Shown here: positions 1 to 10,677 of the stretch, one piece after another
How positions within the stretch are numbered: position 1 is the stretch's first letter
Layout of the letters: every line of letters begins with the position of its first letter
Assembly (NCBI GenBank): GCA_000002435.2
Contig: CM018789.1
DNA length: 64,000 bases
Direction: 5' to 3' (one strand)
Origin: Giardia intestinalis
Lineage: Eukaryota
Program-made: the position numbers and the translations under genes
The notes under the pieces: model-generated
Databases searched by the model: none
What the model was told of the DNA's origin: nothing
Seen by the model: the letters and a program-made list of their open reading frames with translations, nothing else

Positions 1-148
1 TCACAGTAATTGATCTGTAAATTTCTGCTTTATAACACAAAGCAAGGAAGCAGTTTTGTGAACACCTCATCCGATGTCTAGGCTCTTCATGCTAGACACA
101 TTGATAACGAGATACCGATCGAAAGAGAAACCAATCCACGATGGAGGC

Positions 149-1171
149 TCATTCTAATACGTTATTATACGCAGGTGTCACAACATCCTCTAAATTAAAT
201 AGTCTTCTGGAGTTTTCTGCTGTTATTCTTCTCACAACCGATGTTTTCTCCGAGAGCGATAGGGGATTAGGAGAACAGTTTTCGAAGGGATGAGTCGTGA
301 TTGCTGCGAGAACCTCCGCAACTGCGTTGATGTGGGCAGGCTCTGTTCGGCCTTTAACAAAGCATGGACACTGCAGAGCACAATCACCACATTTCTTATC
401 ATAATTGCAGGACTTAACTACTTGCCTAAAATGCTCCTTGGTTAATCCAGATAAATGAGAATAGCTAGCATGCGTCGGCTTGACTTCGCACCAAGGGCAA
501 TCTGTTTCCAAGTGTATTCTACTCAAAGGAATGTTTCTCACAACCGACAAATTATCAGCGGTTTTGAGAGAACACCCGTTGATCCCAATATCAAATCCAA
601 GGGCCAGGATACGGTTGCACAGATCCAGATCTCCATCAAAGCTATGCACTACGCCTTTTAGCCGGGGCTCCTTCTGTTTATAGTCCGCTAATATTTCTAG
701 GAAATCAGTTCCTGCGTCCCTGCAATGCAAGAAGAGAGGTAGTGATGGCTGTTTGCTAAAGATATCCAATTGGAGCCTGAATGCCAGCTTTTGAATCTCC
801 TTACCGGCAAAATGCAGACGAGCATAGTCTAATCCTAGCTCTCCATATGCGCGGACATAAACTGGGAGATTGCCACCGCAAACCAGCTGTTTTAAAACCT
901 CCAGCGATGGCTTTGGAGAAAGATCTTCAGTCACCAGTTCTGCGGCACGAGTAGGGTGATACCCTATGGTGCATGAGAGTAGTGGCCACTTGTTCATGAG
1001 AGTTGCTGCAGCATTGTACTCTTCTAGATTGCCACAAGTCACAATCATGTGTTGAACGCCATACACCCTGGCTCTCTCTAACACATCTCCAAGATCTCGC
1101 CGATGTTTCTGAGATCCATTGTAGACTCCAGAATAAACATCGTCAAGTAAATTCGCCCCTATGTCTATCAT
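149..1171 (-). CDS. TatD-family metal-dependent deoxyribonuclease/hydrolase (340 aa)
   Basis: ATG verified at 1169-1171 (minus strand). N-terminal MIDIGANL...D motif and conserved His/Asp/Glu spacing (…HCRDA…, …VHSFDGD…, …LETDCP) are typical of the TatD/TIM-barrel metallohydrolase fold. Confidence 0.75.
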   Translation of the reverse strand: MIDIGANLLDDVYSGVYNGSQKHRRDLGDVLERARVYGVQHMIVTCGNLEEYNAAATLMNKWPLLSCTIGYHPTRAAELVTEDLSPKPSLEVLKQLVCGGNLPVYVRAYGELGLDYARLHFAGKEIQKLAFRLQLDIFSKQPSLPLFLHCRDAGTDFLEILADYKQKEPRLKGVVHSFDGDLDLCNRILALGFDIGINGCSLKTADNLSVVRNIPLSRIHLETDCPWCEVKPTHASYSHLSGLTKEHFRQVVKSCNYDKKCGDCALQCPCFVKGRTEPAHINAVAEVLAAITTHPFENCSPNPLSLSEKTSVVRRITAENSRRLFNLEDVVTPAYNNVLE

Positions 1172-1247
1172 GCTTAAGCTGCGCTTTTATTTCTATTTCT
1201 AAGGGCTTAAAATCTAAAGATCAGAAATTAAAAAACTTAAGACAGAA

Positions 1248-4200
1248 ATGGCCAGTAAGCGAGTGTTTATCTCACACTTAGACACGGCACCAGCCAGAGC
1301 ATGCTCGCAAGTTTTTCGAGCCTTTGGGTGGGAGGTCTATGGCACCATTCTGGATTCGGACGCAGCCCTTCCTACTCCATGCGATGCAACTGAAATTATA
1401 CCTTCTCGCTCACAGGATTCGGAAGCATTTGCGCGCGGGATTTTATCCTGCGCAGCGATAATATATGACCTTTTGGCCCCCGATGAAGCTATAGCAGCAC
1501 TAGAGCTAGTTGCTCTATCTCCAAACAAGCGGAAGTTCATCTGCCTTTCTTCATTTTTGACATGGTGCCGTACAGAGTTACCTCCGCGACAGCTGGAAGA
1601 CAAAGAGGAGTCGGTTTTGGAAGAAGACCTTCCAGATGAGAAGGAGCTTGAACCCGATGAGGTGGTTGAGCTATATCGAGCTGCCCATAAAAAGGCTCCC
1701 TTTTGGGTGCTCAATAAGATAAAGAAGAGAGAGGAGGAAGAACGTCGTGCCCGTGAAGAAGAAGAACAAGAAGAGCAAGAGGAGCAAGAGAATCCTGAGG
1801 AGCCGGAAGAAGAGTATGAATATGAAGAAGTAGAAGAAGAATACGATGATGAGGACGACGAAGCGGTACCTGAGGATGATAACGAGGACCATCAGGAAGA
1901 GAGTGGCGAGGAAGACGAGGATAACGGAGATAACGAGGATAATGAAGTCGTAGAAGACACCACCAAACGGCGACGCTTTCGAATAGTGCGTAAAAGGGTT
2001 CCTAAAAAGAAGCCTCTAGAAATGCCAGTAGAAGAATCTGAACACGAGGATAGGATAGAGCAGGGACCAGACGAGGAGCTTCAGGAGCCAGATGATGCAG
2101 AGCCAGAAGAAGAGTATGAGTACGAGGAGGAGTGGAGCGAATCGGAGGAGCCGGTAGAAGAGAACTCTGAAGAACGTGAAGAGCGGTTGCTTCAGCTCAA
2201 GAAATATGGTATCTCTGAATCTGATCACGAGCGTCGTCGTCCTCATCCGGATTTTCGGATCCTCCTGACTACAGAAAAGGATATTGCCAAACGCCTCTCA
2301 AGCAGAGAAAATCTAGAGGGCGCTATAGTTATCCCGGGGCTAATTTATGGTTACGGAGAAACATCTTTAGTCCCCCTTTATAGGAGCATATACGAGGGAA
2401 AGCTCACTCAGATACCACTTTACTTTGGGGGGCATACACGTTCAATTCCAACAGTTTATGCCTTAGACCTTGCACTTCTTGTCCACAGCCTTGTCATAGA
2501 TGTGTGTCCAGACAAGGAACAGCCGTATGTGTTCGCAGTTGAACGGCAAATATGCACGTCCAAGCAGCTGGCAGAGGCCATGGGTCAAAAGTTGCTTTTA
2601 CCTGATCCTCTTCGAGATAAACTTGCAAAGGACATGGATGAGCGCCTTCGAACTACAAAACCTAAGCCTCTTACCAAGCAGACTTTCAGAGAATATGTTA
2701 AGATTCGTGATGCTCCACAATCTTTGCCAAACTATATTAGAGAAGTCGATAAAGAAGAGACACGGCTTGGTGACTCTATCCTAGAATTAACGGTTGATTC
2801 TCCGATGATTTTGGGATTCGCCTCCAACGACTTACTAGGAGGGAAGTTTCCTCTGTTTGCTAGGTCTGGATTTATTGATAACATTGAGCTGTCGTACTCT
2901 GAGTTTCTTGCCGCATGGGGGCTCAAGCCTGTTCGAATATTCATTCAGAAAGACCCTGATACGTCCATGGAGCTTGCTGACAAGCTTGCAATGGTGCTCA
3001 CAAAGTACCTGAGCTTGGATAGCAGAGATGATCGTCGTACCAGCTCTGCATATGTTAAGGATCTTGCTGATAAGATATCCACGGGAAAATTAACAAAAGA
3101 TGAGGTCATCTCTACGTCACGGATAAAGATTATCGACGGAATGTCCTATACACTGTCTACATTATCTAATCTTTTCCACGATCTGGCAATGGATTATCGT
3201 ACCCGTCAGTATGGCTGGATCTTAATTGGTCTTCCTCTAGGGATGTTGCCTGAAGATGTGTTTGGTCGCCCGGCGATTATAGATAAATATAAAGAGTATG
3301 CAGATGTGGGTCTTCTACCGCCTAAGTCAGTCAAGCATGAAGAAGGTGAAGGGGAAGACGTTGAGCCTGAAGAGGAAAATAGTGACGGGGAAGAGGAGTT
3401 GGAAGAGGAGGATGTAGAGGTGGATGAAAGTGATAGAATAGAAAAGATACGTGAGCGCATATTGCTCCCATACACTGCTCCTGCACACCCCTTTACACGA
3501 GGAAGAGTAGGAAGGGAGCACCTCAAGGAAGGTCCTAGGAATAGTCTCGACTTTTATGATAGTAACGTTTCTATTGAACACCCTGATGGAATACGCATTC
3601 CATGGCCAGAGTACATTATCGACTTGCCAAAGCTGGATAGATACGGTGCATCTCAGGACGAGCTGTCTGCTCTGGCAATTATTGAGCGCTTCTGTGAATA
3701 TTGCGTCGAGGTTAACGGAGAGCGAAAGAAGAAAAGCCTGGTAGAAGATACTGAGACACCAGAAGAAGCAAATGAGGAAGATGAAGGAAGGAAAAAGCGT
3801 AAACGTAAGGTAAAACCAGAGCCCCCAACTGAGCATTACCATACGACTGAGCTCACACGACATGAAGCAGAGGTGGAAGCATGGCATAAGGCTGAAGAAG
3901 CTGCAGCGGATATTTATCGACGAATGGAGCACGAACGTCTTAAGCATGTTCGACGACAATGGATAAAGGCCGTAAAGAAGCAATGCATTAAAAAGATAAA
4001 TAAGCTAGCAGAGAAGGGCGAGCCCGGTATTGTTCCATATGATTCGGCAAACTATACGTGGATAGAAGACTTTAATCTTGTAGGTCTTGATCCGCGTTTG
4101 GATCTTGACGTTATAAAGATTCCAAAAAAGGTCGCTTCTGAGTCAGATGAAGTAGAGGACAACCAAGCGGTTGATAATGAACAAGATGAGAATACGCATT

Positions 4201-5036
4201 CGGGAAGTTATACGGACGAAAATGGAGAGCAGCGTAAGGCTCCTCCCTTGATTAACCCAGATGATTATGATTTAGGCATTGAAGACGAAGAGAAGTATGA
4301 GCAATTGCGGCAGCAGAAGCTTGAGAAGATGAAACAAAACCAATTGCGGAAAGAAGAGAAGAAACGAAAGATTGAGGCTGGCGAGGAGGTCTCCGAAGAC
4401 GAGCCTACTGAAGAGGAGGAGGAGTTTGATGAAACAGGCCGTCGAAAGCGTACAACTCCCAAACCAAAGCCGTTTAAAGACGCACCAAAGGTCCCCATTA
4501 ATTACCAAGACATCCCTCTACCAGAGCACCATCATCGTGGATTTGCATGGCTTATTGAGTCATTAACAACGATCAAAGAGGTCCCTTATGGCGTATCGAA
4601 TATATTCTCTCCGTACTTTAACTCGTCGAGGTACACTTCCTTTGAAACTCTTTGTCAGGCTATAATGAGCTTTGTTGGTCCAAGCAGGGGATTCGGCAAA
4701 ACGAGGGAAGAGAGAAAGCAACAAGAGGAGGTTATAAAGCGACAGGAAGTCATTAGACGCCAGTTATTAGAAGAAAACCTCCTGAGGAAGGCCGAGGAAC
4801 ATAGGATAATAGAGGAGAAACGAAAACAAGATCTTTACAACATCCGTGAGGAACTTATCAGCAACGAAGAGCGTCGAATCAAAGACCTTTCTATCCCAAT
4901 CAGGAAGTATCTTACACAAACAGTCATGAAAGACTTAATTGACGGACTTGTGGAGGTGTCTAAACTCAGACCCAATGACCCCGTTCGTTACTTAGGGGAG
5001 TTCTTGATGGAGCGGTCGGTCAAAGACATAGAATAG
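1248..5036 (+). CDS. AK7-like (adenylate kinase 7 family) ciliary/flagellar protein with C-terminal Dpy-30 motif and long acidic insertions (1262 aa)
   Basis: ATG at 1248. The N-terminal block (KRVFISHLD…, RRRPHPDF…, IPTVYALDLALLVHSLV) resembles the AK7 N-terminal Rossmann-like domain. The central block VRIFIQKDPDTSMELADKL…YGWILIGLPLGMLPEDVFG aligns to an adenylate-kinase core but lacks a GxxxxGKS/T P-loop. The C-terminus RKYLTQTVMKDLIDGLVEV…PNDPVRYLGEFLMERS is a Dpy-30/RIIa-type docking motif. Several poly-E/D low-complexity inserts. Confidence 0.5.
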   Translation: MASKRVFISHLDTAPARACSQVFRAFGWEVYGTILDSDAALPTPCDATEIIPSRSQDSEAFARGILSCAAIIYDLLAPDEAIAALELVALSPNKRKFICLSSFLTWCRTELPPRQLEDKEESVLEEDLPDEKELEPDEVVELYRAAHKKAPFWVLNKIKKREEEERRAREEEEQEEQEEQENPEEPEEEYEYEEVEEEYDDEDDEAVPEDDNEDHQEESGEEDEDNGDNEDNEVVEDTTKRRRFRIVRKRVPKKKPLEMPVEESEHEDRIEQGPDEELQEPDDAEPEEEYEYEEEWSESEEPVEENSEEREERLLQLKKYGISESDHERRRPHPDFRILLTTEKDIAKRLSSRENLEGAIVIPGLIYGYGETSLVPLYRSIYEGKLTQIPLYFGGHTRSIPTVYALDLALLVHSLVIDVCPDKEQPYVFAVERQICTSKQLAEAMGQKLLLPDPLRDKLAKDMDERLRTTKPKPLTKQTFREYVKIRDAPQSLPNYIREVDKEETRLGDSILELTVDSPMILGFASNDLLGGKFPLFARSGFIDNIELSYSEFLAAWGLKPVRIFIQKDPDTSMELADKLAMVLTKYLSLDSRDDRRTSSAYVKDLADKISTGKLTKDEVISTSRIKIIDGMSYTLSTLSNLFHDLAMDYRTRQYGWILIGLPLGMLPEDVFGRPAIIDKYKEYADVGLLPPKSVKHEEGEGEDVEPEEENSDGEEELEEEDVEVDESDRIEKIRERILLPYTAPAHPFTRGRVGREHLKEGPRNSLDFYDSNVSIEHPDGIRIPWPEYIIDLPKLDRYGASQDELSALAIIERFCEYCVEVNGERKKKSLVEDTETPEEANEEDEGRKKRKRKVKPEPPTEHYHTTELTRHEAEVEAWHKAEEAAADIYRRMEHERLKHVRRQWIKAVKKQCIKKINKLAEKGEPGIVPYDSANYTWIEDFNLVGLDPRLDLDVIKIPKKVASESDEVEDNQAVDNEQDENTHSGSYTDENGEQRKAPPLINPDDYDLGIEDEEKYEQLRQQKLEKMKQNQLRKEEKKRKIEAGEEVSEDEPTEEEEEFDETGRRKRTTPKPKPFKDAPKVPINYQDIPLPEHHHRGFAWLIESLTTIKEVPYGVSNIFSPYFNSSRYTSFETLCQAIMSFVGPSRGFGKTREERKQQEEVIKRQEVIRRQLLEENLLRKAEEHRIIEEKRKQDLYNIREELISNEERRIKDLSIPIRKYLTQTVMKDLIDGLVEVSKLRPNDPVRYLGEFLMERSVKDIE

Positions 5037-5050
5037 CTTCTGCCACTGAT

Positions 5051-8000
5051 CTAACTTTTATACAGGATTTTTTTCAGCTCTTTGGCAAGATCTGCATTAT
5101 TGTTAGATATATCTACGAATACATCAATAAATGCTTCCTTGTATGCCTCTCTGAGGTCGAATACGAGACGCTTTATCAACCTATTATCCCTAGTAGTCTT
5201 AAACTCAAAGATCCCGTAATCAAGGGCTTTATGCAGTAATGAGCGGAGGACTGCGTGGTGCAGGGATAAATCTATGAGGGTAGTCACAGGAGCTGGTGCC
5301 AGTTGAGACATTAAGATGTTTCCTTGTGCGATTACTCTCCCTAACACGTATTGGATGAGAACCTTTGACAGCAGAACAGACTCTGTTTGCAAGATGCTGA
5401 AGATGGGGGCCACCAGTCCACTAACATCTGTGAAGTGGAGCATATGCTGTGCAGATGCTGCGGTGCCGCTGGCTAGAAAGCTTTGGATGTGCAGAATAAA
5501 AAGAGACCCGTTGGAAAGGGCTAGTTGTACGCTGCTATCAGAAAGATAGACATACTCTGGGGAGTATTGTAGGTCTAAGGTAGATTGCAGTGTTATAACA
5601 ATCTTGGTGTCAACCACTCTAAAAAGCAGAATGTGATGCTCAAACGTGACTCTATTTTTCAGTAAAATGAATGAGTTGCAATCACTGCTTGAAACGGAAT
5701 CAGTCTCCTTTATGGCGAACTCGCGTCCGCTGTCTTTTTTGGCTCTCACTGATAGGATCATATTGCTTTCCCCACATGCGATCGGCACTAGAAGATGCGG
5801 ATTGAATAGGCGTGAATGTGTGCTAATAATTGAGAGTGTTGATGCTGTAGAATAGCAAATAAGATGAGCCGTTCCGTTAGATAAAACGAGCATAAAAACG
5901 TCCTTTGAGAGAATCAAATAGTCCATTGGAGACCCGTCTAACAAAAGATTAGCAGTAGATGGGCAAGTATTTGAAGATATAAGGGATGGAGAAAAATAGT
6001 CTGAAGGAACAAGCCTCGTGACAGTAAACTCTTCTTGTGGCAGTACAAGTCTGTTCAGCAGTCCAGTCTCTTCAGGATATGTCAATAAGTCTGGGCTTGC
6101 TTTAACGAAGGCGTTAGGAGCGGGATGTGCGGTAGGTAAAACAGGTAGTGCGTTGAGATCTTTGATAGTGGTATCAGCAACTGCTATGTGAGGGTTGGCG
6201 GTAGATTTAAAATCTGCCTGCCCATTTTGTGGATCACCTGATCGTGCTAATAGATTAGTTGTTTGTTCTAATAGTTCATTTGAGCGGTCTCCAAAAAACT
6301 CAGCTATCTCCTCTTCCTCTGGTAACAAAGCCCATAACTGATCTCTATCTGTATGATTTGAAGCCCCAATTCTAATGTCTTCCGATAAGGGCTCTTCTGC
6401 TGATGGAAATTCATAGAAACTATATTCATCTTTAACAGAAACCTTGACATATGCAGTCCTTGGGAGATGCAAACTTGGGACATGCTCACTCTCATCTTGA
6501 TCGCTAGCAACGCATTCTGAAAGCATCGCTTTGTCGGGATCTAGCTCGGGTGAGTGTTGCGCCATATCAAAGCCAGTGGTTTTATTTGTATACATACTCA
6601 CCCCATGCTGTGATGAGTCATCAGACATCTCATATACCGAGTGCTGAATTGTTGCTGTAGCTTTTTTTACGCTAAGGATCCGTATTATGTCCACTATTGG
6701 GAGTTCTATAGAATAGATTGTACGAACGTTTTTAAGAATGCGAGTAGTGTGTGTGGCACTCTCTTTGCCTTCCTCAGAAAAAGTCTCCTGACCTGCTATA
6801 TCTGCGACTCCAATGACATAGAGCGTAAACACAGAACGTGCACGATCACTCGTGTTGCCCAAGGTTGATGTCCATGTCATCTTTTCGGCGAGAAGCGGCA
6901 GTTTAGCGGAGAAGATACGATGGTGATGCAGTGGCACTAGGTATATGTGAACGTATCCCCGGGTATCTGCGCAGGCCACGAGCTCAACTGTTGGCAACGC
7001 AAGAAATGCTTCCAGATCAACCCCACTATCCGATACAAATTTGTGATGAAGCTTATTATCAGATGGTAGCATGAATGACACGCAAGAAATGGCTGTGGCC
7101 ACAATGGGGTATCCGGTGTAGATTGTTAGCGGTATCTCCGAGAGCTTTGATGTGTCGGAGTATGCATTGAAACAACTGCGTGCTACAAGTCTGCAGACAG
7201 GAAGGTTCTTCTTAAAACATCTCAATGTATCGGACTGCTTAGCTATCTGCTTATCTATGGAGTATATCCCAAATGGAAAGACCACAGATCGTGGGGAGAT
7301 GGACAAATGCATTGTTGGAAAGCGAAATACAGATTGCACAGGTTCAAAAATGCTATTTCTATATTGCAATCTGGAGAAATAGAGCTCAGTAAGCGCAGTA
7401 TCACCGTTATCGACCTCAAAGCACTTTATAAAATTGGTTGCAAAATGGGGAGTTCTCCTGTCTCCATCTTCATACATCACTTCGCCACACACGATGAGCT
7501 TCTCCTTCTGAGGGGTTGTAGGGCGTGATGCTCTGATAAGTAATAAACTTTGGATTTTATTTATAAGTCCATCCTTGCTCTCCAACGGATTGACGCTACT
7601 AATGCAACACACACAGGAGTCTAAATCGGTGGATGTTATGTTTGCTATGGATAATGCTGACAAGCCTGACGCTAGTTTATGAACATCATCGTGAACAAGC
7701 ACTGAGTAGGCGTCCTTGGCAGATTGATCCTCCTTAAGCGTCACTGTGAAGACTATATGCTCACGCTTGTTGAAGGCGAGTACAAAGACACACGGTCTTA
7801 TTGCAGACCAGACAATATTATCAAACATATCCACAAAGAGCTTATCTCCTGACACGGTTGTGCACTCCTCATGTGACATGTGGGCGAGAAATTTGCAGGT
7901 GCGAGGGTGTGAGGAGGGATCTCGTGATTGAATGATGGTCAGTTCATAGAACAAGATCAAGTTGGAAGTGTATACAACCAAGTACCGCTCATCGGGGGAG

Positions 8001-8314
8001 CTCACCATACTAATAAGAGATTCGGAGCAATGCTGTTGATACTTCTTTAACTCCGGTCTAGGTAGCATCCTTATACACGTCTGCGGCACATAGTCATGCG
8101 TGCAGACGTATAATAATTGGTCAAGAACCCTTCTTTGATTCTCCTTAAACGAATTAAACTTGAATGTCAAGACCACTAACAGATTAGATTTAGGCAGAAC
8201 ACAGGCAGATGCAATTCTTTGATAAACTAGTTGCTCTGATGCTTGCCCCACACTTATGTTCAAGGGCGTGAAGATAGACGACAGAGGAAACTGACGGACG
8301 TTCGCTGAAAACAT
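5051..8314 (-). CDS. hypothetical protein (1087 aa), no recognisable domain
   Basis: Long uninterrupted ORF, ATG verified at 8312-8314 (minus). Tightly packed between neighbouring genes; no family recognised by eye. Confidence 0.5.
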   Translation of the reverse strand: MFSANVRQFPLSSIFTPLNISVGQASEQLVYQRIASACVLPKSNLLVVLTFKFNSFKENQRRVLDQLLYVCTHDYVPQTCIRMLPRPELKKYQQHCSESLISMVSSPDERYLVVYTSNLILFYELTIIQSRDPSSHPRTCKFLAHMSHEECTTVSGDKLFVDMFDNIVWSAIRPCVFVLAFNKREHIVFTVTLKEDQSAKDAYSVLVHDDVHKLASGLSALSIANITSTDLDSCVCCISSVNPLESKDGLINKIQSLLLIRASRPTTPQKEKLIVCGEVMYEDGDRRTPHFATNFIKCFEVDNGDTALTELYFSRLQYRNSIFEPVQSVFRFPTMHLSISPRSVVFPFGIYSIDKQIAKQSDTLRCFKKNLPVCRLVARSCFNAYSDTSKLSEIPLTIYTGYPIVATAISCVSFMLPSDNKLHHKFVSDSGVDLEAFLALPTVELVACADTRGYVHIYLVPLHHHRIFSAKLPLLAEKMTWTSTLGNTSDRARSVFTLYVIGVADIAGQETFSEEGKESATHTTRILKNVRTIYSIELPIVDIIRILSVKKATATIQHSVYEMSDDSSQHGVSMYTNKTTGFDMAQHSPELDPDKAMLSECVASDQDESEHVPSLHLPRTAYVKVSVKDEYSFYEFPSAEEPLSEDIRIGASNHTDRDQLWALLPEEEEIAEFFGDRSNELLEQTTNLLARSGDPQNGQADFKSTANPHIAVADTTIKDLNALPVLPTAHPAPNAFVKASPDLLTYPEETGLLNRLVLPQEEFTVTRLVPSDYFSPSLISSNTCPSTANLLLDGSPMDYLILSKDVFMLVLSNGTAHLICYSTASTLSIISTHSRLFNPHLLVPIACGESNMILSVRAKKDSGREFAIKETDSVSSSDCNSFILLKNRVTFEHHILLFRVVDTKIVITLQSTLDLQYSPEYVYLSDSSVQLALSNGSLFILHIQSFLASGTAASAQHMLHFTDVSGLVAPIFSILQTESVLLSKVLIQYVLGRVIAQGNILMSQLAPAPVTTLIDLSLHHAVLRSLLHKALDYGIFEFKTTRDNRLIKRLVFDLREAYKEAFIDVFVDISNNNADLAKELKKILYKS

Positions 8315-8365
8315 TTTTTAAGATTTATTAATTTTATTAATTTTTAGACGCGCATTGATAAGGAG

Positions 8366-9346
8366 CTAGATCGGTAAATCCACAATATATGGACTCGGAA
8401 CCTGGGCGGCTGAGAAATAGGTGATGAAAGATACTATCTCCGAGACCCTATCCACTTCAAGGATCATTTCTTTCGGCTCATTATGCACCAAAACAGTAAG
8501 ATTAATCTGACTATCGCCAGGAACCACCTTTATTAGCGCATCAAATGTGTATCCAGTGTTTTCAGATAGATCTGCATTTAAGAAAAGAATACCTCTGTGG
8601 TTGAGAAGTAGAATGGTGTCAGACTCCGGTGCCATTCGATCAAATTTGCGCACACTACCATGAAAGCATGCATATCCATACTGCTTGAGCGATGTCCCGA
8701 CAATATTAAAGTAGTGTTGGATGGCTTCATCCGGCGTTGGGGCTAGACCCTGTTCAATAATAGACGAAAACATGTGCTTGAACATTTTCTCCAAGCTCTT
8801 ATCATTGTATCTTACGAGGATATCACTGTTTATGAATCTTCCTGCAGAGGCTTGAACATATTTAGAGTAAAAATGTTTTTCCTTTATGTTGGGAATTGTC
8901 CCTGTTGTAATAATGTAATAAAATGCAGAGAAAAGTAATGAATATTCGTTGTTCACCCTCCAGATGTGTGTGATAATGGCTCTCTGCACTTGTTCCAGAA
9001 GAATCAGTCTGAACTTTTTATTTAGATGTTTAACCACTTCTGGCGTGGGGAAAATAGCAATTCGCAGAAAAATCGAGGGATTGCCGTGTAGAACAGAGTA
9101 GTAAGGCTGAGAGAGCGCTTCCATGCATTCGACAGAAGCTTTGGCTGTCCTTTTCAAGAGGACAAACGCGGGGGCGTAATCGTCAGGAATGTCCAGTTGT
9201 CGGCATAGGTCAGTAATTATATCAAATACTAAGCTGTTAGGACCAATCGAAGTATAAATAGGTCCGGTAATTGTGCCTACCCTCAAGGGAATAGTCATCA
9301 TTTTTTTTAGCTCTTTCAGTTGACAAACTATAGGCCTAACAGCCAT
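8366..9346 (-). CDS. hypothetical protein (326 aa), possibly a FERM-like (ubiquitin-like N lobe + PH-like C lobe) domain protein
   Basis: ATG verified at 9344-9346 (minus). N-terminal segment resembles a ubiquitin-like/RA fold. The C-terminal ~80 aa (…ILLLNHRGILFLNADL…FDALIKVVPGDSQINLTVLVHNEPKEMILEVD…) resembles a PH/PTB-like lobe. Weak, pattern-based only. Confidence 0.4.
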   Translation of the reverse strand: MAVRPIVCQLKELKKMMTIPLRVGTITGPIYTSIGPNSLVFDIITDLCRQLDIPDDYAPAFVLLKRTAKASVECMEALSQPYYSVLHGNPSIFLRIAIFPTPEVVKHLNKKFRLILLEQVQRAIITHIWRVNNEYSLLFSAFYYIITTGTIPNIKEKHFYSKYVQASAGRFINSDILVRYNDKSLEKMFKHMFSSIIEQGLAPTPDEAIQHYFNIVGTSLKQYGYACFHGSVRKFDRMAPESDTILLLNHRGILFLNADLSENTGYTFDALIKVVPGDSQINLTVLVHNEPKEMILEVDRVSEIVSFITYFSAAQVPSPYIVDLPI

Positions 9347-9443
9347 CCTTCACCCTGTATGCGTAGCCCTTTGGACGTAGGGTGCCAAGGTGGTAACAAA
9401 ATCACTTCAAGACGATTTACTCTCCCATATTAGTGGAACACGG

Positions 9444-10604
9444 TCAGTAGAAGCCAATGCGCTTGCTGCCCACAGTCATATCCAGCGCATTATCTATTTG
9501 GTCGGCTTCTGGGTTGTCCCAGGCGGTGTTGACGCGCTCTGTGCCAGTTAAACAAACATCAGAGATGCCCATAAGGAGTCGCTTGAGCTGGGTGATAATC
9601 ATCTCTGCGCGTTCATGCTTTCTCTGGAGTAGATCTAGCTCATCACGCAGGATGTTGATGTCATCCGCCTTCTCCATTTGGGCCTGGTGATCGGTCTCCA
9701 TGGCGTTGCGAAGTATCTGGGTCTCCTCCTCTAGCTCATAGATTCTGCTCTTCAAGACTTCGTTTTCTTCATCTGCCCTTACAGCAGAAGTGTCAGACAC
9801 ACCCGACATCCCGCAGGCACGTAGCTTAGACTCCTTAACCTGTGACTCATGTATCTCAAGAACCTCATCATTTGCTGCAATGAGCTGCTCATTGAACTGA
9901 GCCAAGAGGGCGTCTTTCTCCTCTATCTCATTTTGGAGACGCTGTATCTCTTCCTCATGGATTCTCTTCATCGCTTTCTTTTCGGCTTCAAGGCGCTTCT
10001 GGTTAGCAAGGGAGTTTGCGAGCTCCTCTACAGAAAATTGCGCCGCCGTCGTTCTCTGCTCTATGGTAGTCTCATAAGCATGGATCTTCTTGTGCGCATT
10101 TTCTAGTTCTTCGCGGTACTGATCACACTGTGCACAGTGGTGCAATTTAGAAGACCCCAACGACGCTCTGTGGCTCGCTCTACCCTCCAGGATACTCTCT
10201 AGTTCCGCAATTCTGTCCAAGGCATTTGACAATTCCATGGCTAATGTTGCCCTGGCCTCCTCCGATTCTGCAATGCGCTGCTCAAGACGAGAAGAGGTTG
10301 CTAGCGCCTGAGATGCAAGGGCGTGATATTCACTGGATTTGGTTGCCAACTTTGCCTCTTGGCGGCTCAAAGACCTTCGGAGATGCGATTCTCGACGTTG
10401 TGCTGTAACCAGTTCGCCGTCAACAACGTTTCTGAGTTCTTCAGCGCTCGACTGTATAGAACGCGCAGCCGCTACGGCTTGCTCTGCAGCCAGGCGCGAG
10501 CGGTCGAGAGAATCATCGATGCGCTTCTGTTCCGTGACAAACTGCTCGTTATCGTTGTTCGAGGTCTCGGGGGAGTCCAAAGAAAGCAAGAGGTTGTCAC
10601 CCAT
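9444..10604 (-). CDS. coiled-coil protein (386 aa from first ATG; ORF track begins at an upstream GTG at 10658)
   Basis: First in-frame ATG verified at 10602-10604 (minus). Heptad-rich, Q/E/L/R/A-rich sequence throughout, with no globular domain recognised. Confidence 0.5.
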   Translation of the reverse strand: MGDNLLLSLDSPETSNNDNEQFVTEQKRIDDSLDRSRLAAEQAVAAARSIQSSAEELRNVVDGELVTAQRRESHLRRSLSRQEAKLATKSSEYHALASQALATSSRLEQRIAESEEARATLAMELSNALDRIAELESILEGRASHRASLGSSKLHHCAQCDQYREELENAHKKIHAYETTIEQRTTAAQFSVEELANSLANQKRLEAEKKAMKRIHEEEIQRLQNEIEEKDALLAQFNEQLIAANDEVLEIHESQVKESKLRACGMSGVSDTSAVRADEENEVLKSRIYELEEETQILRNAMETDHQAQMEKADDINILRDELDLLQRKHERAEMIITQLKRLLMGISDVCLTGTERVNTAWDNPEADQIDNALDMTVGSKRIGFY

Positions 10605-10677
10605 TTTTAAAAACACGCCTCGCCATTTTTTAGCTAACGCATTTTTGACAAAAAGCACAAATAGATTGGTTCACATA

